DNA of 55,325 nt from the IMG/VR virus record IMGVR_UViG_3300037863_000028, positions 1-55,325 of that record. The stretch is one strand, 5' to 3'. Of this stretch, positions 25,046-35,917 are shown one piece after another. Within the stretch, counting starts at the first letter, position 1; each line of letters opens with the position of its first letter. The notes under the pieces were generated by a model. It was not told the origin of the DNA. It made no database searches and was given only the letters and a program-made list of their open reading frames with translations. The translations under genes and the position numbers were made by a program. Origin of the DNA: a virus (lineage: Duplodnaviria > Caudoviricetes).

Positions 25046-25906
25046 ATGATTACAAATAAGATGTCGTACAAAGATGTTTCACTGTGGTTTGCTCGTGCTA
25101 AAAACCCAGACGCAGGTAGACCAGTCATGTCATGGTCACGTATGTTTAAGGTAGGCGATACCTATGAGCTACGTCATGGCAGTACAACAGTTGGTGTGTT
25201 CACACCTGACAATAAGTTTGTATTTAAACTGTCGGACAAGCAAGCTAGACAGCACAGCGTCACACTAAGCCAAGCACTACAAGGATCAATACCTTTTCTA
25301 TGGTATCGCAAATCTATGGGTAGGTACGTTGTTGTACCGACACCGCTATATGAGGAGCATGGAGGTGATTATGCACATATGTGGGACTATATTAAAGACG
25401 CGGAGAAGTACGATGTGTTTGATGGACTAACCTTTGATCTAGATACTTACCTACCCACTAACCGAAAGATACCTGTAGCTGAGCCTGAAGTAGATAAAAC
25501 TAACAAGTTAGTTTGGTTTAGGTCGCTAAAGAATTTTAAACATTCTGTCAAAGTACGTGCCAAGATAGGTGTGATTGACACCTTGATACACGATGTAAAG
25601 CAGAGTCGTACTGGAGTGTATCAGTACTCTTGGGAGATGCCAAATTGGGAATCTGAATCATGGTTAGATAAGCTATACGAATCAATCAGGGACAACACCT
25701 GTTCAACTGAATTACTTACGGGTATTATTCAGTCTGTACCTGCAAGCTACTACACAAGAGAAGTAAAAGTTGTACAAGTTTTAAAGCAGGTAGATAAAAT
25801 ATGTAGCAACCATAGCGTTGCGCTACGCACTAGATTCGGAGTATTCAAAGATGAAGTGCCCCAAGTGCAAGGACAAGATGATATGTGTGGACTCAAGATG
25901 GGATAA
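25046..25906 (+). CDS. hypothetical protein
   Basis: 286-aa ORF in the operon. Confidence 0.75.
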   Translation: MITNKMSYKDVSLWFARAKNPDAGRPVMSWSRMFKVGDTYELRHGSTTVGVFTPDNKFVFKLSDKQARQHSVTLSQALQGSIPFLWYRKSMGRYVVVPTPLYEEHGGDYAHMWDYIKDAEKYDVFDGLTFDLDTYLPTNRKIPVAEPEVDKTNKLVWFRSLKNFKHSVKVRAKIGVIDTLIHDVKQSRTGVYQYSWEMPNWESESWLDKLYESIRDNTCSTELLTGIIQSVPASYYTREVKVVQVLKQVDKICSNHSVALRTRFGVFKDEVPQVQGQDDMCGLKMG

Positions 25907-26201
25907 CGATAGGCTACTGACAACACGCAAGTGGCGGTGTGTGTGCGGTATGTGGGGTAAGACAACTGAGAGATGGGAGTCTGCCCCAGTACACAAAGTT
26001 AAATCACCTAAAGACAAACCTAAAGTGTCAGACATAAACATACTGACTGCTAAGCTAGCCAAGAAAGTATTGGGTACTAAGCCAAAGGTTGAGAAGGTTA
26101 AGCACACCCCCATTAAGTCTTTGTTCGATGATGTAGACGAAGATAGTTACTCAGATGACATAGGTGATCTAGGTTTAAACATACCAAACAACGATTGGTA
26201 G
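25851..26201 (+). CDS. zinc-ribbon protein (NrdR-N-like)
   Basis: MKCPKC...VDSR...RKWRCVCG...TTE; GGAG upstream of ATG 25851. Confidence 0.6.
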   Translation: MKCPKCKDKMICVDSRWDNDRLLTTRKWRCVCGMWGKTTERWESAPVHKVKSPKDKPKVSDINILTAKLAKKVLGTKPKVEKVKHTPIKSLFDDVDEDSYSDDIGDLGLNIPNNDW

Positions 26202-26221
26202 TACACAACAAGGAGATGTAA

Positions 26222-26500
26222 ATGAAAGCAGAACACATACTAAGTAAGGCTGCTCAGATTATGCAGGACAGAGGCAAGCAGTACGACAAGCCAGAGGGTG
26301 AGCGTAGCATGGGTAAGACAGTACAAGCGTTTAACATTATTACTGGGCGTGACTTGTCTGAGTCTGAAGGTTGGTTACTACTTCAGATACTTAAAGATGT
26401 TAGGGATAGGCAACGAAGTTTTGCACACCAAGATAGCCTAGAAGATTGTGTGGCATACGCCGCACTTAAAGCTGAAGCTCGAATGACTGAGGTACTGTGA
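26222..26500 (+). CDS. DUF6378-like protein
   Basis: ILSKAAQIMQDRGKQY...LKDVR...DSLEDCVAYAAL. Confidence 0.65.
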   Translation: MKAEHILSKAAQIMQDRGKQYDKPEGERSMGKTVQAFNIITGRDLSESEGWLLLQILKDVRDRQRSFAHQDSLEDCVAYAALKAEARMTEVL

Positions 26501-28329
26501 TGGATATAGTTACGCTAGACTTTGAAACGTACTACGACAAGGACTACTCCCTACGTAAGATGACAACCGAAGCATACATACGTGACCCAAGGTTTGAGGT
26601 AATAGGTGTAGCCATTAAGGTTAACAACCACCCCACAGACTGGTACTCAGGCAGTAACGTAGGTAAGTTTCTTAATAGCTTAGACTACTCAGACAAAGCG
26701 ATACTGTGCCACAACACAGCGTTCGATGGGGCGATGCTATCATGGCACTATGGTATCAATCCTAAGCTGTGGTTAGATACTCTATCAATGGCTAAGCCAT
26801 ACCACAACATCACAGTAGGTGGCAGTCTTAAAGCATTGGCAGCACACTACCAACTAGGGGCTAAGGGTACTGAGGTACTCGATGCAATAGGCAAACATAG
26901 GGTTGACTTTACAGCGCAAGAGTTGTCTGCGTATGGTGGGTACTGTATCAATGACGTAGAGTTAACGTATGCTCTGTTCAAGAAGTTATCTAAGCAGATA
27001 CCTGTTAGTGAATTGATAGTTATAGACCAGACCATACGTATGTATACAGAGCCTAGCATCAAGCTAGACGTACCACTACTTGAGCAACACCTGATAGAAG
27101 TTAGACAAGCCAAGGAAGATCTACTACTTAGTTCAGGTATGGCTATTGCAGACATCATGTCTAATGATAAGTTTGCTTATGCACTAAAGCAACTAGGTGT
27201 TGAGCCACCCACTAAGACAAGTGCTAGGACAGGCAAGCTAGCATGGGCGTTCGCCAAGACTGACAAAGACCTAACAGAACTGCTCGACCACCCTGATGAG
27301 AAGGTGCAAGCTCTTGTGGCAACACGTTTAGGTGTGAAGTCTACGCTTGAGGAAACAAGAACTGAATCGCTGATAGGTGTGGCACAGCGAGGACTACTAC
27401 CCATCATGCTTAACTACTACGGCGCACACACAGGTAGGTTTAGTGGCGGCGACAAACTTAACTTGCAGAACCTACCAAGTAGGGGTGGCAACAACACAAT
27501 CAGACGGGCACTCACAGCAGGAGAAGGCAACGTAGTTATATCATGTGACTCATCACAGATTGAGGCTAGGCTAGTGGCATACGTAGCAGAGCAAGAAGAT
27601 TTAATACTAGCGTTTCGCAACAACCGAGATGTGTACTGTGAGTTTGCTACTGAAGTGTACGGTAGAGTAATAACTAAGGCGGATAAGATAGAGAGGTTCG
27701 TAGGTAAGACTGCGGTGTTGTCACTTGGGTATGGGGCAGGGGCTGCAAAGTTTCGTGAGATGCTACGCATACAGAACAACGTGGTGATAGATGAGGAGGA
27801 AGCGCAGCGCATTGTTAATCTATATAGGCAACGTAACCACAAGATAGTATCTTTGTGGCGCAAGAGTGACCACGCACTTAACGCTATGCTTAACGGCAAT
27901 AGCTATGAGGTACACCACACAGTACGCTGTGACAAGGGGGTGATGACTCTACCCAACGATATGTACCTGCACTACCCCATGCTACGCAAGACAACAACTG
28001 GGTATGAGTACATAGGTAAGTCAACGGAGTACAGGAAGCTAGCCAAGCAAGCCGACACAACGTGGACAAACATATACGCTGGCAAAGTTGTAGAGAATTT
28101 TGTTCAAGCACTAGCTGCTTTGTTTATCCGTGAGCAGATGGTTGAGTGTGGCAAGTACTACAAGGTAGCACTACAAGTACACGATGAGATTGTTATCGTA
28201 GTGCCAGAGGACAAAGCTCAAGCAGCACAGCAACACGTAGAACAGATTATGAGTACGCCACCTGAATGGGCATTAGATTTACCAGTAGCTTGTGAGTCAG
28301 GCGTGGCATATAACTATGGAGATACTTAA
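26497..28329 (+). CDS. polA: DNA polymerase family A (3'-5' exonuclease + polymerase)
   Basis: ExoI LDFET, HNTAFD, TGRFSG, motif A DSSQIEAR, motif B RFVGKTAVLSLGYG, motif C VHDE. Confidence 0.95.
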   Translation: MMDIVTLDFETYYDKDYSLRKMTTEAYIRDPRFEVIGVAIKVNNHPTDWYSGSNVGKFLNSLDYSDKAILCHNTAFDGAMLSWHYGINPKLWLDTLSMAKPYHNITVGGSLKALAAHYQLGAKGTEVLDAIGKHRVDFTAQELSAYGGYCINDVELTYALFKKLSKQIPVSELIVIDQTIRMYTEPSIKLDVPLLEQHLIEVRQAKEDLLLSSGMAIADIMSNDKFAYALKQLGVEPPTKTSARTGKLAWAFAKTDKDLTELLDHPDEKVQALVATRLGVKSTLEETRTESLIGVAQRGLLPIMLNYYGAHTGRFSGGDKLNLQNLPSRGGNNTIRRALTAGEGNVVISCDSSQIEARLVAYVAEQEDLILAFRNNRDVYCEFATEVYGRVITKADKIERFVGKTAVLSLGYGAGAAKFREMLRIQNNVVIDEEEAQRIVNLYRQRNHKIVSLWRKSDHALNAMLNGNSYEVHHTVRCDKGVMTLPNDMYLHYPMLRKTTTGYEYIGKSTEYRKLAKQADTTWTNIYAGKVVENFVQALAALFIREQMVECGKYYKVALQVHDEIVIVVPEDKAQAAQQHVEQIMSTPPEWALDLPVACESGVAYNYGDT

Positions 28330-28724
28330 TGAAACAAGAATGGACTGTAGTGCCTATGTGTTTCTTACCACTCAAGCTTTTAGTGTGCGTCAACGAGAGC
28401 GAGTACAAAGCTGTAATGAAAAAGCTTGACGTCAGTAACTATGCTCCTTGGCTAGGTGTTAAGGCAAGCGCAACAGTGCATAAGCTAGACGCACCAGACA
28501 ATGATTTTTGTTGCATCGTTTGCATACGAACACGAGAACATCACACGCCCATAGATACTGCTGGGGTTTTGGTACACGAAGCTATGCACATATGGCAGTG
28601 GTACTGTGATGTACATGGTGAGGATAGCCCTGCTTCTGAACAAGAAGCGTATGCGATGCAACGCATAGTACAAACGCTCATGGAATTATATGTGGCAGGT
28701 ATACAAAACTCAGACCGTAAGTGA
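28329..28724 (+). CDS. HExxH-containing protein
   Basis: LVHEAMH...EQEAY. Confidence 0.65.
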   Translation: MKQEWTVVPMCFLPLKLLVCVNESEYKAVMKKLDVSNYAPWLGVKASATVHKLDAPDNDFCCIVCIRTREHHTPIDTAGVLVHEAMHIWQWYCDVHGEDSPASEQEAYAMQRIVQTLMELYVAGIQNSDRK

Positions 28725-28779
28725 TATACTTTACACTCCAATGAACAGAGAACCACAAGCCCCCTTGTGGTAAAAACCT

Positions 28780-29436
28780 ATGCGCTTAAGCCATTCATAC
28801 TCAGCTATTAAGCTGTACGAACAGTGCCCTTATCGGTACTTCAGACAACGTATAACCAAAGATGTTATAGATGTAGGTGGTGATGCTTCCAAGTACGGCG
28901 AGCGTATTCACAAGTTCTTAGAGGACAGGCTCAAGGGCACAGACTTACCCCAAGAGGTCGAGCACTATGAAGTTCTATGTAAGTCAGTCGAACGCTTGGC
29001 TAAAGGTGGTGAGTTGTTAGTAGAGTGTGAGCTAGTACTAACCGAGAACCTAACACCTACTGGGTGGTTGGATTCAGATGCTTGGCTACGTAGCAAGCTA
29101 GACGTACTGGTTATCCGTGGCGACACAGCTGTGGTTATGGATTGGAAAACAGGCAAGCGTAACCCAGATACATTTCAGATGGAGTTGTTTGCAGCACAGG
29201 TGTTCAAGCACTTCCCAGAAGTACAGCACGTGACTACTACCCTAGTGTGGCTCAAGACTATGCAGATGGACACAGACAAGTATGAACGTGAGGTAACTAA
29301 CAAGTTGTGGGGTGGCATACTACAACGAATCAACCGTATCTACCAGTCACTAGAGCATGACAACTGGCAAGCTAGACCGTCAGGACTGTGTAGATTCTGC
29401 CCTGCTAGACATGACTGCGATGATGCTAGGGTTTAA
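28780..29436 (+). CDS. PD-(D/E)XK (RecB/Cas4-like) exonuclease
   Basis: SYSAIKLYEQCP, G...H, LDVL...MDWKTG, Q...A, C-terminal CRFCP...C. Confidence 0.88.
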   Translation: MRLSHSYSAIKLYEQCPYRYFRQRITKDVIDVGGDASKYGERIHKFLEDRLKGTDLPQEVEHYEVLCKSVERLAKGGELLVECELVLTENLTPTGWLDSDAWLRSKLDVLVIRGDTAVVMDWKTGKRNPDTFQMELFAAQVFKHFPEVQHVTTTLVWLKTMQMDTDKYEREVTNKLWGGILQRINRIYQSLEHDNWQARPSGLCRFCPARHDCDDARV

Positions 29437-29458
29437 CCTAACTTGACACGAGTGTATA

Positions 29459-29770
29459 ATGAGTTACAATACTCCAGAAGGTAAGATAAAAAAGAAAGTA
29501 ACACAGCTACTTAAGTCCTACTCAGTTTGGTACTTCATGCCAGTAAGTAATGGCTTCGGTAAGGCAGGTATCCCAGACTACATAGCTTGTGTTAGCGGTA
29601 CATTTATAGGAGTAGAGTGCAAGTCGGACACCAAGAAGAATCCGACTGCATTGCAAGTAAAGTGTGGTGAGGGTATTAAAGAAGCAGGCGGTCATTGGTT
29701 GGTAGTGTGTGATGACGAGAGCCTAGCCAAACTTAAGAAGCTACTAGAAGTAGCGCAAGGGATACATTGA
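29459..29770 (+). CDS. VRR-NUC domain nuclease
   Basis: PEGKIK...GIPD...GVECK...PTALQ...AGG. Confidence 0.85.
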   Translation: MSYNTPEGKIKKKVTQLLKSYSVWYFMPVSNGFGKAGIPDYIACVSGTFIGVECKSDTKKNPTALQVKCGEGIKEAGGHWLVVCDDESLAKLKKLLEVAQGIH

Positions 29771-29771
29771 T

Positions 29772-31322
29772 ATGCTAGTTGTTGAGAAGTCTAAGGTCGT
29801 AGTGTTGAAGCTGAACAACCCTAACAAGGTTCTTGACAGCATACCAACAGCTAAGACATACGAAGTAAGGGGTATGCCACTGGTCGTAGTCCCACACAAG
29901 ATAGACGAGGTGAAGGTACTGCGTAACTTGGGTATTAAAACACCATCACCTATCATGCACTACTACGATTGGCCGGGACAGTTCACACCTTTTGAACACC
30001 AGAAGCATACAGCTGCGTTTCTAACCATCGACAACAAAGGACTGGTACTTAACGACATCGGTACAGGTAAGACTCAATCAGCACTATGGGCAGCCGACTA
30101 CCTGCTACGTACTAAGAAGATTAGGAAAGTACTTATCTTGTCACCACTGTCAACCCTTGAACGAGTGTGGGGTGATGGTATATTTACTAGTCTAGTGCAC
30201 CGTAAGTTTACAGTGCTGCATGGTGTGGCATCGAAGCGTCTTAAGTTGCTAAATAAAGATGTTGAGTTCTACATATGTAACCATGATGGATTTCCTATCA
30301 TAGCCCCGCATTGCATCAACAAGTTTGACCTTGTAATAGTAGACGAGGCAGCAGTACTACGTAACCCATCGACACGTAGGTTCAAGATATTTAAGAAGTG
30401 GTTAGACGCTAACACTACGACTAGACTCTGGTTAATGACAGGCACACCAACACCTAACGACCCGACAGACGCATGGGCATTAGCCAAGTTAGTTGATTCA
30501 CCATACTTAAAGCACACGTTCACAGCATTTAGAGAACTGGTGATGATGAAGATAGGTCAGTGGAAGTATGTGCCACGCCCTGAGTCTGCTGAAATTGTTA
30601 GGCACATACTACAACCTGCTGTACGGTACACCAGAGATGAGTGCTTTGACTTACCAGAAACGATTGTCCAGACAAGGCAGGTAGACCTAACAGCAGAGCA
30701 AAAGAAATACTACAACCAGATGCTAAAGACATTGGTATCTGAAGCAGCACAAGGAACTATCACAGCAGTTAACGAAGCCGTTAAAGTTCAGAAGCTAGTA
30801 CAGATAGCTTGCGGTGTAGTGTACGGCGATGATGGACAGAACATAGAACTTGATTGCAGTCCCCGTGTCAACCTAGTAAAGGAGATAATAGAAGAAGCAG
30901 GTGAGAAAGTAATTGTGTTTGTGCCACTGACTGGTACGTTACATATGTTAGAGCGTGAGTTGTCTAAGCAATACTCTGTCGGTGTTGTTAATGGTGAAGT
31001 GTCTGCGTCTAAACGTAATCAAATATTTCACGACTTCCAACACCAGAAAACACCACACGTTTTAATAGCACACCCCGGCACTATGGCACATGGTCTAACC
31101 CTTACGTCAGCATCAACGATCATATGGTACGGACCAATAAACAGTAACGAGATATATGAACAGGCGTGTGGTCGCATAGAGCGAATCGGTAAGAAGCACG
31201 TATCAAATGTAATACACATCGAGGCAACAGACCTTGAACATAGAGCCTACCAAAGGCTTCAGAACAAGCAGAAGATGCAGGGTCTACTGCTTGAGTTAAT
31301 ACAACAGCAAACTAAAAGGTGA
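29772..31322 (+). CDS. SNF2-family helicase
   Basis: DIGTGKT, IVDEA, MTGTP, HGLTLT, QACGRIERIG. Confidence 0.92.
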   Translation: MLVVEKSKVVVLKLNNPNKVLDSIPTAKTYEVRGMPLVVVPHKIDEVKVLRNLGIKTPSPIMHYYDWPGQFTPFEHQKHTAAFLTIDNKGLVLNDIGTGKTQSALWAADYLLRTKKIRKVLILSPLSTLERVWGDGIFTSLVHRKFTVLHGVASKRLKLLNKDVEFYICNHDGFPIIAPHCINKFDLVIVDEAAVLRNPSTRRFKIFKKWLDANTTTRLWLMTGTPTPNDPTDAWALAKLVDSPYLKHTFTAFRELVMMKIGQWKYVPRPESAEIVRHILQPAVRYTRDECFDLPETIVQTRQVDLTAEQKKYYNQMLKTLVSEAAQGTITAVNEAVKVQKLVQIACGVVYGDDGQNIELDCSPRVNLVKEIIEEAGEKVIVFVPLTGTLHMLERELSKQYSVGVVNGEVSASKRNQIFHDFQHQKTPHVLIAHPGTMAHGLTLTSASTIIWYGPINSNEIYEQACGRIERIGKKHVSNVIHIEATDLEHRAYQRLQNKQKMQGLLLELIQQQTKR

Positions 31323-31729
31323 TGACTATGAGTTTTAATATAGATGATGTAGTTAAAACGTACATGAAGTTACGTGAACACAAAGCGACAATAGAAGCTG
31401 AGACTAAAGATCGTGTAGCAGCTATAAAATTAAACCTCGATAAACTTGAGGCGTACATTAAAGAACAAGCTGATGCCCAAGGTGTGACTAGTTTCAAGAC
31501 CAAGCATGGCACTGCGTTCCTAACCACCACAGACTACGCAACAGTTGGTGACTGGGATAGTGTGCTGAACTTCATCAAAGAAAATGAAGCGTTCGATATG
31601 TTAGAGAAGCGAGTCAGCAAGACTGCTGTACGTGGATACATTGAGAAGAATAAAGAAGTACCGCCGGGCATTACATACGGCACGAAGTTAGATGTAAACG
31701 TTCGTAAACCTACTGCATCTGCAGAATAA
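31319..31729 (+). CDS. conserved replication-module protein
   Basis: Coiled N-terminus, SFKTKHGT, LEKRVSK, VPPG. Confidence 0.7.
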   Translation: MMTMSFNIDDVVKTYMKLREHKATIEAETKDRVAAIKLNLDKLEAYIKEQADAQGVTSFKTKHGTAFLTTTDYATVGDWDSVLNFIKENEAFDMLEKRVSKTAVRGYIEKNKEVPPGITYGTKLDVNVRKPTASAE

Positions 31730-31752
31730 TTAGCTCACTTAAGGAGAAATCT

Positions 31753-32739
31753 ATGAGCAACGCACTAACCTTAGCAAACATTACTATCCCTGCACACTTG
31801 GCATCTCGTGTTGGTGGTCAATCACTACTGGCTCAGTCGCTAACTGGTGGTCTGGCATCAAGCTCATCATTCCCACGTATCAGCCTTAAGGGTTCACGCT
31901 TTCGTATTGTAGAAGGTGACACTGAGACTGTATTAGAATCAACATCGCTTGACATTGTAGTAGTAGGTGCTAACCCTAGACTATCAAAGACATGGTACTT
32001 AAAAGCATGGTCAGCAGATGCAGAACCACAAGCAGCAGACTGCTCATCACTTAACGGTATCTCGCCATCACCTGAGTCAACCCTACCACAGAGTGACTTG
32101 TGTGCAACGTGCCCTCAGAACGCATGGGGCAGCAAGGTAACACCCAACGGACAACAAGTTAAGGCTTGCGCCGATATTAAACGCTTGGCTATCGTATCAG
32201 CAGACGACCCCGAAGGTCCTGTGTACTTGTTGAGTGTTACACCTGCCGCATTAAAAGGTCTTAACCAATACCAGAAAGAGTTAGCAGTACGTGGCATCCC
32301 ACCTGAGATTGTTAAGACTAAGTTGACGTTCGATACTGACGCATCGTTTCCTAAGTTGAAGTTTGGATTCGGTGGTTTCTTAGATGCTGACACACAAGCA
32401 ACAGTAGACCAGTTGTTTGGTACAGAGGCAGTCAAGGAAGTCACTGGCGAGAACGCACCTAGCAAGATTGAAGTACCAAAGATTGCTCCTGTAGCACCAG
32501 TTGCACCAAAGCCCGCACCAGTAGTAGAAGCTCCCGTACCTGCCCCTGTACAAGCTCAACCTGCTGCCCCTAAGCGTGGCTTTGGTGCTACCAAACCAGT
32601 AGCCCCTGTACAATCTGCACCTGAACCAAAGGCTGCACCTAAAGCTGCTAAGGTAGCTGTTGCAAAGGAAGATAACGCAGCTTCATCATTGGCTGACGAG
32701 ATTGCTGCACTGGTTGGCGAAGTAGCTGACGATGAGTAA
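31753..32739 (+). CDS. putative ssDNA-binding/annealing protein
   Basis: FPRISLKG, CATCPQNAWGS, KAC; Pro/Ala linker and acidic C-terminus; replication module context. Confidence 0.6.
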   Translation: MSNALTLANITIPAHLASRVGGQSLLAQSLTGGLASSSSFPRISLKGSRFRIVEGDTETVLESTSLDIVVVGANPRLSKTWYLKAWSADAEPQAADCSSLNGISPSPESTLPQSDLCATCPQNAWGSKVTPNGQQVKACADIKRLAIVSADDPEGPVYLLSVTPAALKGLNQYQKELAVRGIPPEIVKTKLTFDTDASFPKLKFGFGGFLDADTQATVDQLFGTEAVKEVTGENAPSKIEVPKIAPVAPVAPKPAPVVEAPVPAPVQAQPAAPKRGFGATKPVAPVQSAPEPKAAPKAAKVAVAKEDNAASSLADEIAALVGEVADDE

Positions 32740-33016
32740 ACTGCCTATTGACTTTACCAAGGTCGATGCGCTACGTAAGCATATGCTCCTAACAATTCTG
32801 GATATGTCGGAGTTGCTAGGAGTATCGAGAATGACTTATCATGGGTGGGTTAGAGGGAAACCTATTCGTAAATCTAATGATGAGTCAGTCAGGAAAATGC
32901 TTAGACGTTTACTTCATGTTATGACTGAGCATGAGTGGCCTAGACCTGAGATCATAGGTGCTAGCCAGAAGGAACGTAAAGAGCGTCTCGTGGAAATTCT
33001 CAATCGAGATAACTAA
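32732..33016 (+). CDS. Cro/XRE-like HTH regulator
   Basis: LRKHMLLTILDMSELLGVSRMTYHGWVRG. Confidence 0.8.
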   Translation: MSKLPIDFTKVDALRKHMLLTILDMSELLGVSRMTYHGWVRGKPIRKSNDESVRKMLRRLLHVMTEHEWPRPEIIGASQKERKERLVEILNRDN

Positions 33017-33022
33017 AGAGTA

Positions 33023-33044
33023 CCAGAGGGGGGAAACCCCCTCT
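33023..33044 (+). repeat. third copy of the GAAA-loop hairpin, upstream of the primase gene
   Basis: CC-AGAGGGGG-GAAA-CCCCCTCT; core shared with the 16440 and 16674 repeats. Confidence 0.75.
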
Positions 33045-33061
33045 CAATAAGCAGGGGCAAT

Positions 33062-35917
33062 ATGGACACGTTGAATTTTCTTCAGCGGGTTCTACCAACG
33101 GAAGGATACTTTGTTACTACGGTCATCAATACAGATGCTACCAAGCAAGGATTCTTTTCTTCAGTAGATGAACTCGCCAAAGCAGTTATAGGGCTAGACC
33201 AGAAGGGTAACAATACCTACTACGCTATCTCATCATTCGTTGAGAAGGGTAAGCGCAAGCAGGATAACGTACTAGCTACTAAAGTATTCGCTCTCGATGT
33301 GGATTGTGGCGAAGGCAAACCGTATGCAGATTGGAAGGAAGGTCTTAAGGCACTACTTAAATTCGTAGGTGAGATGAGCTTACCTAAACCCATGGTCATT
33401 CACTCTGGTAACGGACTGCATGTCTACTGGATACTGACTGAGGCTATTGATTCACAAAGATGGAAGCCATTAGCTGAAGCTATGAAGGCAGCTACCAAGG
33501 CTAAGGGATTTGAAGTCGACCCTGCTGTACCTGCTGACAGCGCACGAGTACTGCGCCCAGTTGGAACACTAAACCCCAAGAGTAATACACGTGTAAAGAT
33601 GTTGATAGATGCTGACGATGTAGAACTCAGCATGATGGTTACTGCTTTATCAGAGTACGTAGATGTAGTGCCGACAATGCCAGTAGGTAAACCTAGCAGG
33701 GCAGCTAGTCCGCTAGCACAAGCACTAGCAATAACGAATGACTTACCACCTGCAGTAGCGGGTGTCATATATAACAAGTGCCAACAGATTAACTGGGCAG
33801 TTAAGAACCAGACTGAGGTACAGGAACCACTATGGTATGCGCTACTAGGTGTAGCTGCGTACTGCGAAGATTCAGATGAAGCAGCTATAGCTTGGTCAGA
33901 GAACCACACAGATTACAACGCAGGCAATACACTGCGCAAGATGCAGCATTGGAAGTCGTCAACCACCGGCCCGACAACGTGCGATAAGTTTAATGAGCTG
34001 CGCCCTGAAGGGTGTAAGGGCTGTAAGTTTAAGGGCAAGGTCGGTACACCAGTACGTCTAGGCATACAGTACGTAGAGATTGCAGCACCACAGACAGCAC
34101 CTGATGTAATAGCTGTAATAGTAGATATGCCCAAGCCATTTAAGCGCACAGCATTTGGCATCAAGATGACCATAGATGAAGCAGACTTAGACGTCTGCCC
34201 GTTTGATATATACCCAGTATCTTATGGTCGTGACGAAGGGCTTGGCTATGAAATAGTTAGGTATCGTTGGAACAGACCACACATAGGGTGGCAAGAGCTA
34301 GTACTTAGACAAGCACATTTGACAGAAGGCAGTAGAGAATTTCCAACCACCATTGCTGACCAAGGTATTGTCCTACACAATAGAAACCAGACGGAGTACT
34401 TCCAGCTTATGCTACGCTCATACATGAATGAGTTGCGACAAAAGAAATCAATGACCAACCTCTACGCAACTATGGGTTGGAAAGAAAACTTCTCGCAGTT
34501 TGTTATAGGTGATGCAGCCATACGCCGTAACCCAGACGGTACAGTAGAAGAAGAATCTATAGCGCTAGCCTCATCATCACAACGGTTAGGTAGTACGCTA
34601 TGGGGTAAGAGTGGCACACTAGAATCGTGGACTGGGTTCACGTCACTGCTAGAGAAGGCAGGTCTGCCCTCCCATATGTTTGCTCTAGGTGTCAGCTTGT
34701 CGTCACCGTTCTATGCGTTCACTGGTTTGCATGGCCTAACCGTATCTCTATACGGACCAACTGGTGGTGGTAAAACACTAGCACAGTATTGGCAGCAGTC
34801 AATATGGGGCAACCCAGCCAAGCTACACTACGCTGCTAAGTTCACACAGAATAGTTTGTTTGCACGTATGGGTTTGTACTGCCACTTGCCTATGTCGATT
34901 GACGAAGCCACTATGGTTAACGATAAAGAGGTTGGTGACTTTCTGTATTGGGTATCACAGGGTGAGGACAAGGCACGTCTGAACCGCAATTCTGAAGAAC
35001 GTGCAACAAAGACATGGGCTGCGCCTATTACTATATCTACCAACAAGTCATGGCAAGCAAAGCTAATCGCATCTGGTCTGGATACTGACGCACAGATGGC
35101 ACGACTACTAGAAGTATCAGTACCAGTACACAATATGTTCTCTAGGAATAGTGATGCAGGTCGTAAGATATACCAGTTCTTGATGGAGAACTACGGCACA
35201 GCTGGCTCTGCTTTCTTACACAAACTTGTTGAGCTAGGACCAGATGGTATTAGAGCTGCGATAGATGAGGCGACTGCTACATTTAAATCACGATACAAGT
35301 GTACCTTCTCAGGTGCAGAGCGGTACTATGAGCAAGCAATCGTACTGGCAGACTTAGCCCTTAGCTTAGCCAATGAGTGGGGTTTAATACAGTTCGATCA
35401 CCGAAAGGGAATCGAGTGGGTACTGGCTCAGCTTGGTACGATACGCCGTACTGTGGCAGAGAACAAAGCAGATTCGTTTGATGTATTGGGTGAGTACATA
35501 GCAGAACATGCTAATGCACAGGTTCAGTTGTTCCATACTGGTGCACACAAACCAACGCTAGACCTAAGCCGTGTACCACGAGATGAGATACGACTACGCT
35601 TTGACTTCTACCGCAAGACAATAGCAGATGAGGTTGACCGTGGCACACTTATGATTGACCGCACACACTTTAGACGTTGGCTAGCTCAAGGTGGGTTTGA
35701 CTACAAGACATTCATGCACGACATAACTGAGGAACATATCTTGGCCACACCTAAATCTAGCAAGGCATACCTTGGTCGTGACACACCAATTAAACTAGGG
35801 CAGTCGTATGTAATAGGAGTTAACCTTAATCACCCACGACTGCAGGGTATGCTCAACGATGCAGACCAAGCCCTAGAGGACTTGGCCTTTGGTCAAATGA
35901 AATCACTGGTAGGATAG
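33062..35917 (+). CDS. primase-helicase (RepB/AEP-like primase + DUF927 helicase)
   Basis: LDVD, HSGNGLHVYW, RVLRPVGT, Cys cluster C..F.....CKGC, P-loop GPTGGGKT, IDEAT. Confidence 0.9.
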   Translation: MDTLNFLQRVLPTEGYFVTTVINTDATKQGFFSSVDELAKAVIGLDQKGNNTYYAISSFVEKGKRKQDNVLATKVFALDVDCGEGKPYADWKEGLKALLKFVGEMSLPKPMVIHSGNGLHVYWILTEAIDSQRWKPLAEAMKAATKAKGFEVDPAVPADSARVLRPVGTLNPKSNTRVKMLIDADDVELSMMVTALSEYVDVVPTMPVGKPSRAASPLAQALAITNDLPPAVAGVIYNKCQQINWAVKNQTEVQEPLWYALLGVAAYCEDSDEAAIAWSENHTDYNAGNTLRKMQHWKSSTTGPTTCDKFNELRPEGCKGCKFKGKVGTPVRLGIQYVEIAAPQTAPDVIAVIVDMPKPFKRTAFGIKMTIDEADLDVCPFDIYPVSYGRDEGLGYEIVRYRWNRPHIGWQELVLRQAHLTEGSREFPTTIADQGIVLHNRNQTEYFQLMLRSYMNELRQKKSMTNLYATMGWKENFSQFVIGDAAIRRNPDGTVEEESIALASSSQRLGSTLWGKSGTLESWTGFTSLLEKAGLPSHMFALGVSLSSPFYAFTGLHGLTVSLYGPTGGGKTLAQYWQQSIWGNPAKLHYAAKFTQNSLFARMGLYCHLPMSIDEATMVNDKEVGDFLYWVSQGEDKARLNRNSEERATKTWAAPITISTNKSWQAKLIASGLDTDAQMARLLEVSVPVHNMFSRNSDAGRKIYQFLMENYGTAGSAFLHKLVELGPDGIRAAIDEATATFKSRYKCTFSGAERYYEQAIVLADLALSLANEWGLIQFDHRKGIEWVLAQLGTIRRTVAENKADSFDVLGEYIAEHANAQVQLFHTGAHKPTLDLSRVPRDEIRLRFDFYRKTIADEVDRGTLMIDRTHFRRWLAQGGFDYKTFMHDITEEHILATPKSSKAYLGRDTPIKLGQSYVIGVNLNHPRLQGMLNDADQALEDLAFGQMKSLVG

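Noticed and set aside
28780-29436. Cas4 as evidence of a CRISPR system
   Set aside because: Stand-alone PD-(D/E)XK exonuclease in a standard phage replication module.
29443-29460. TTGACA...TATAAT as a consensus promoter
   Set aside because: The spacer is only 6 nt; counted instead as a TAACTTGACA box.
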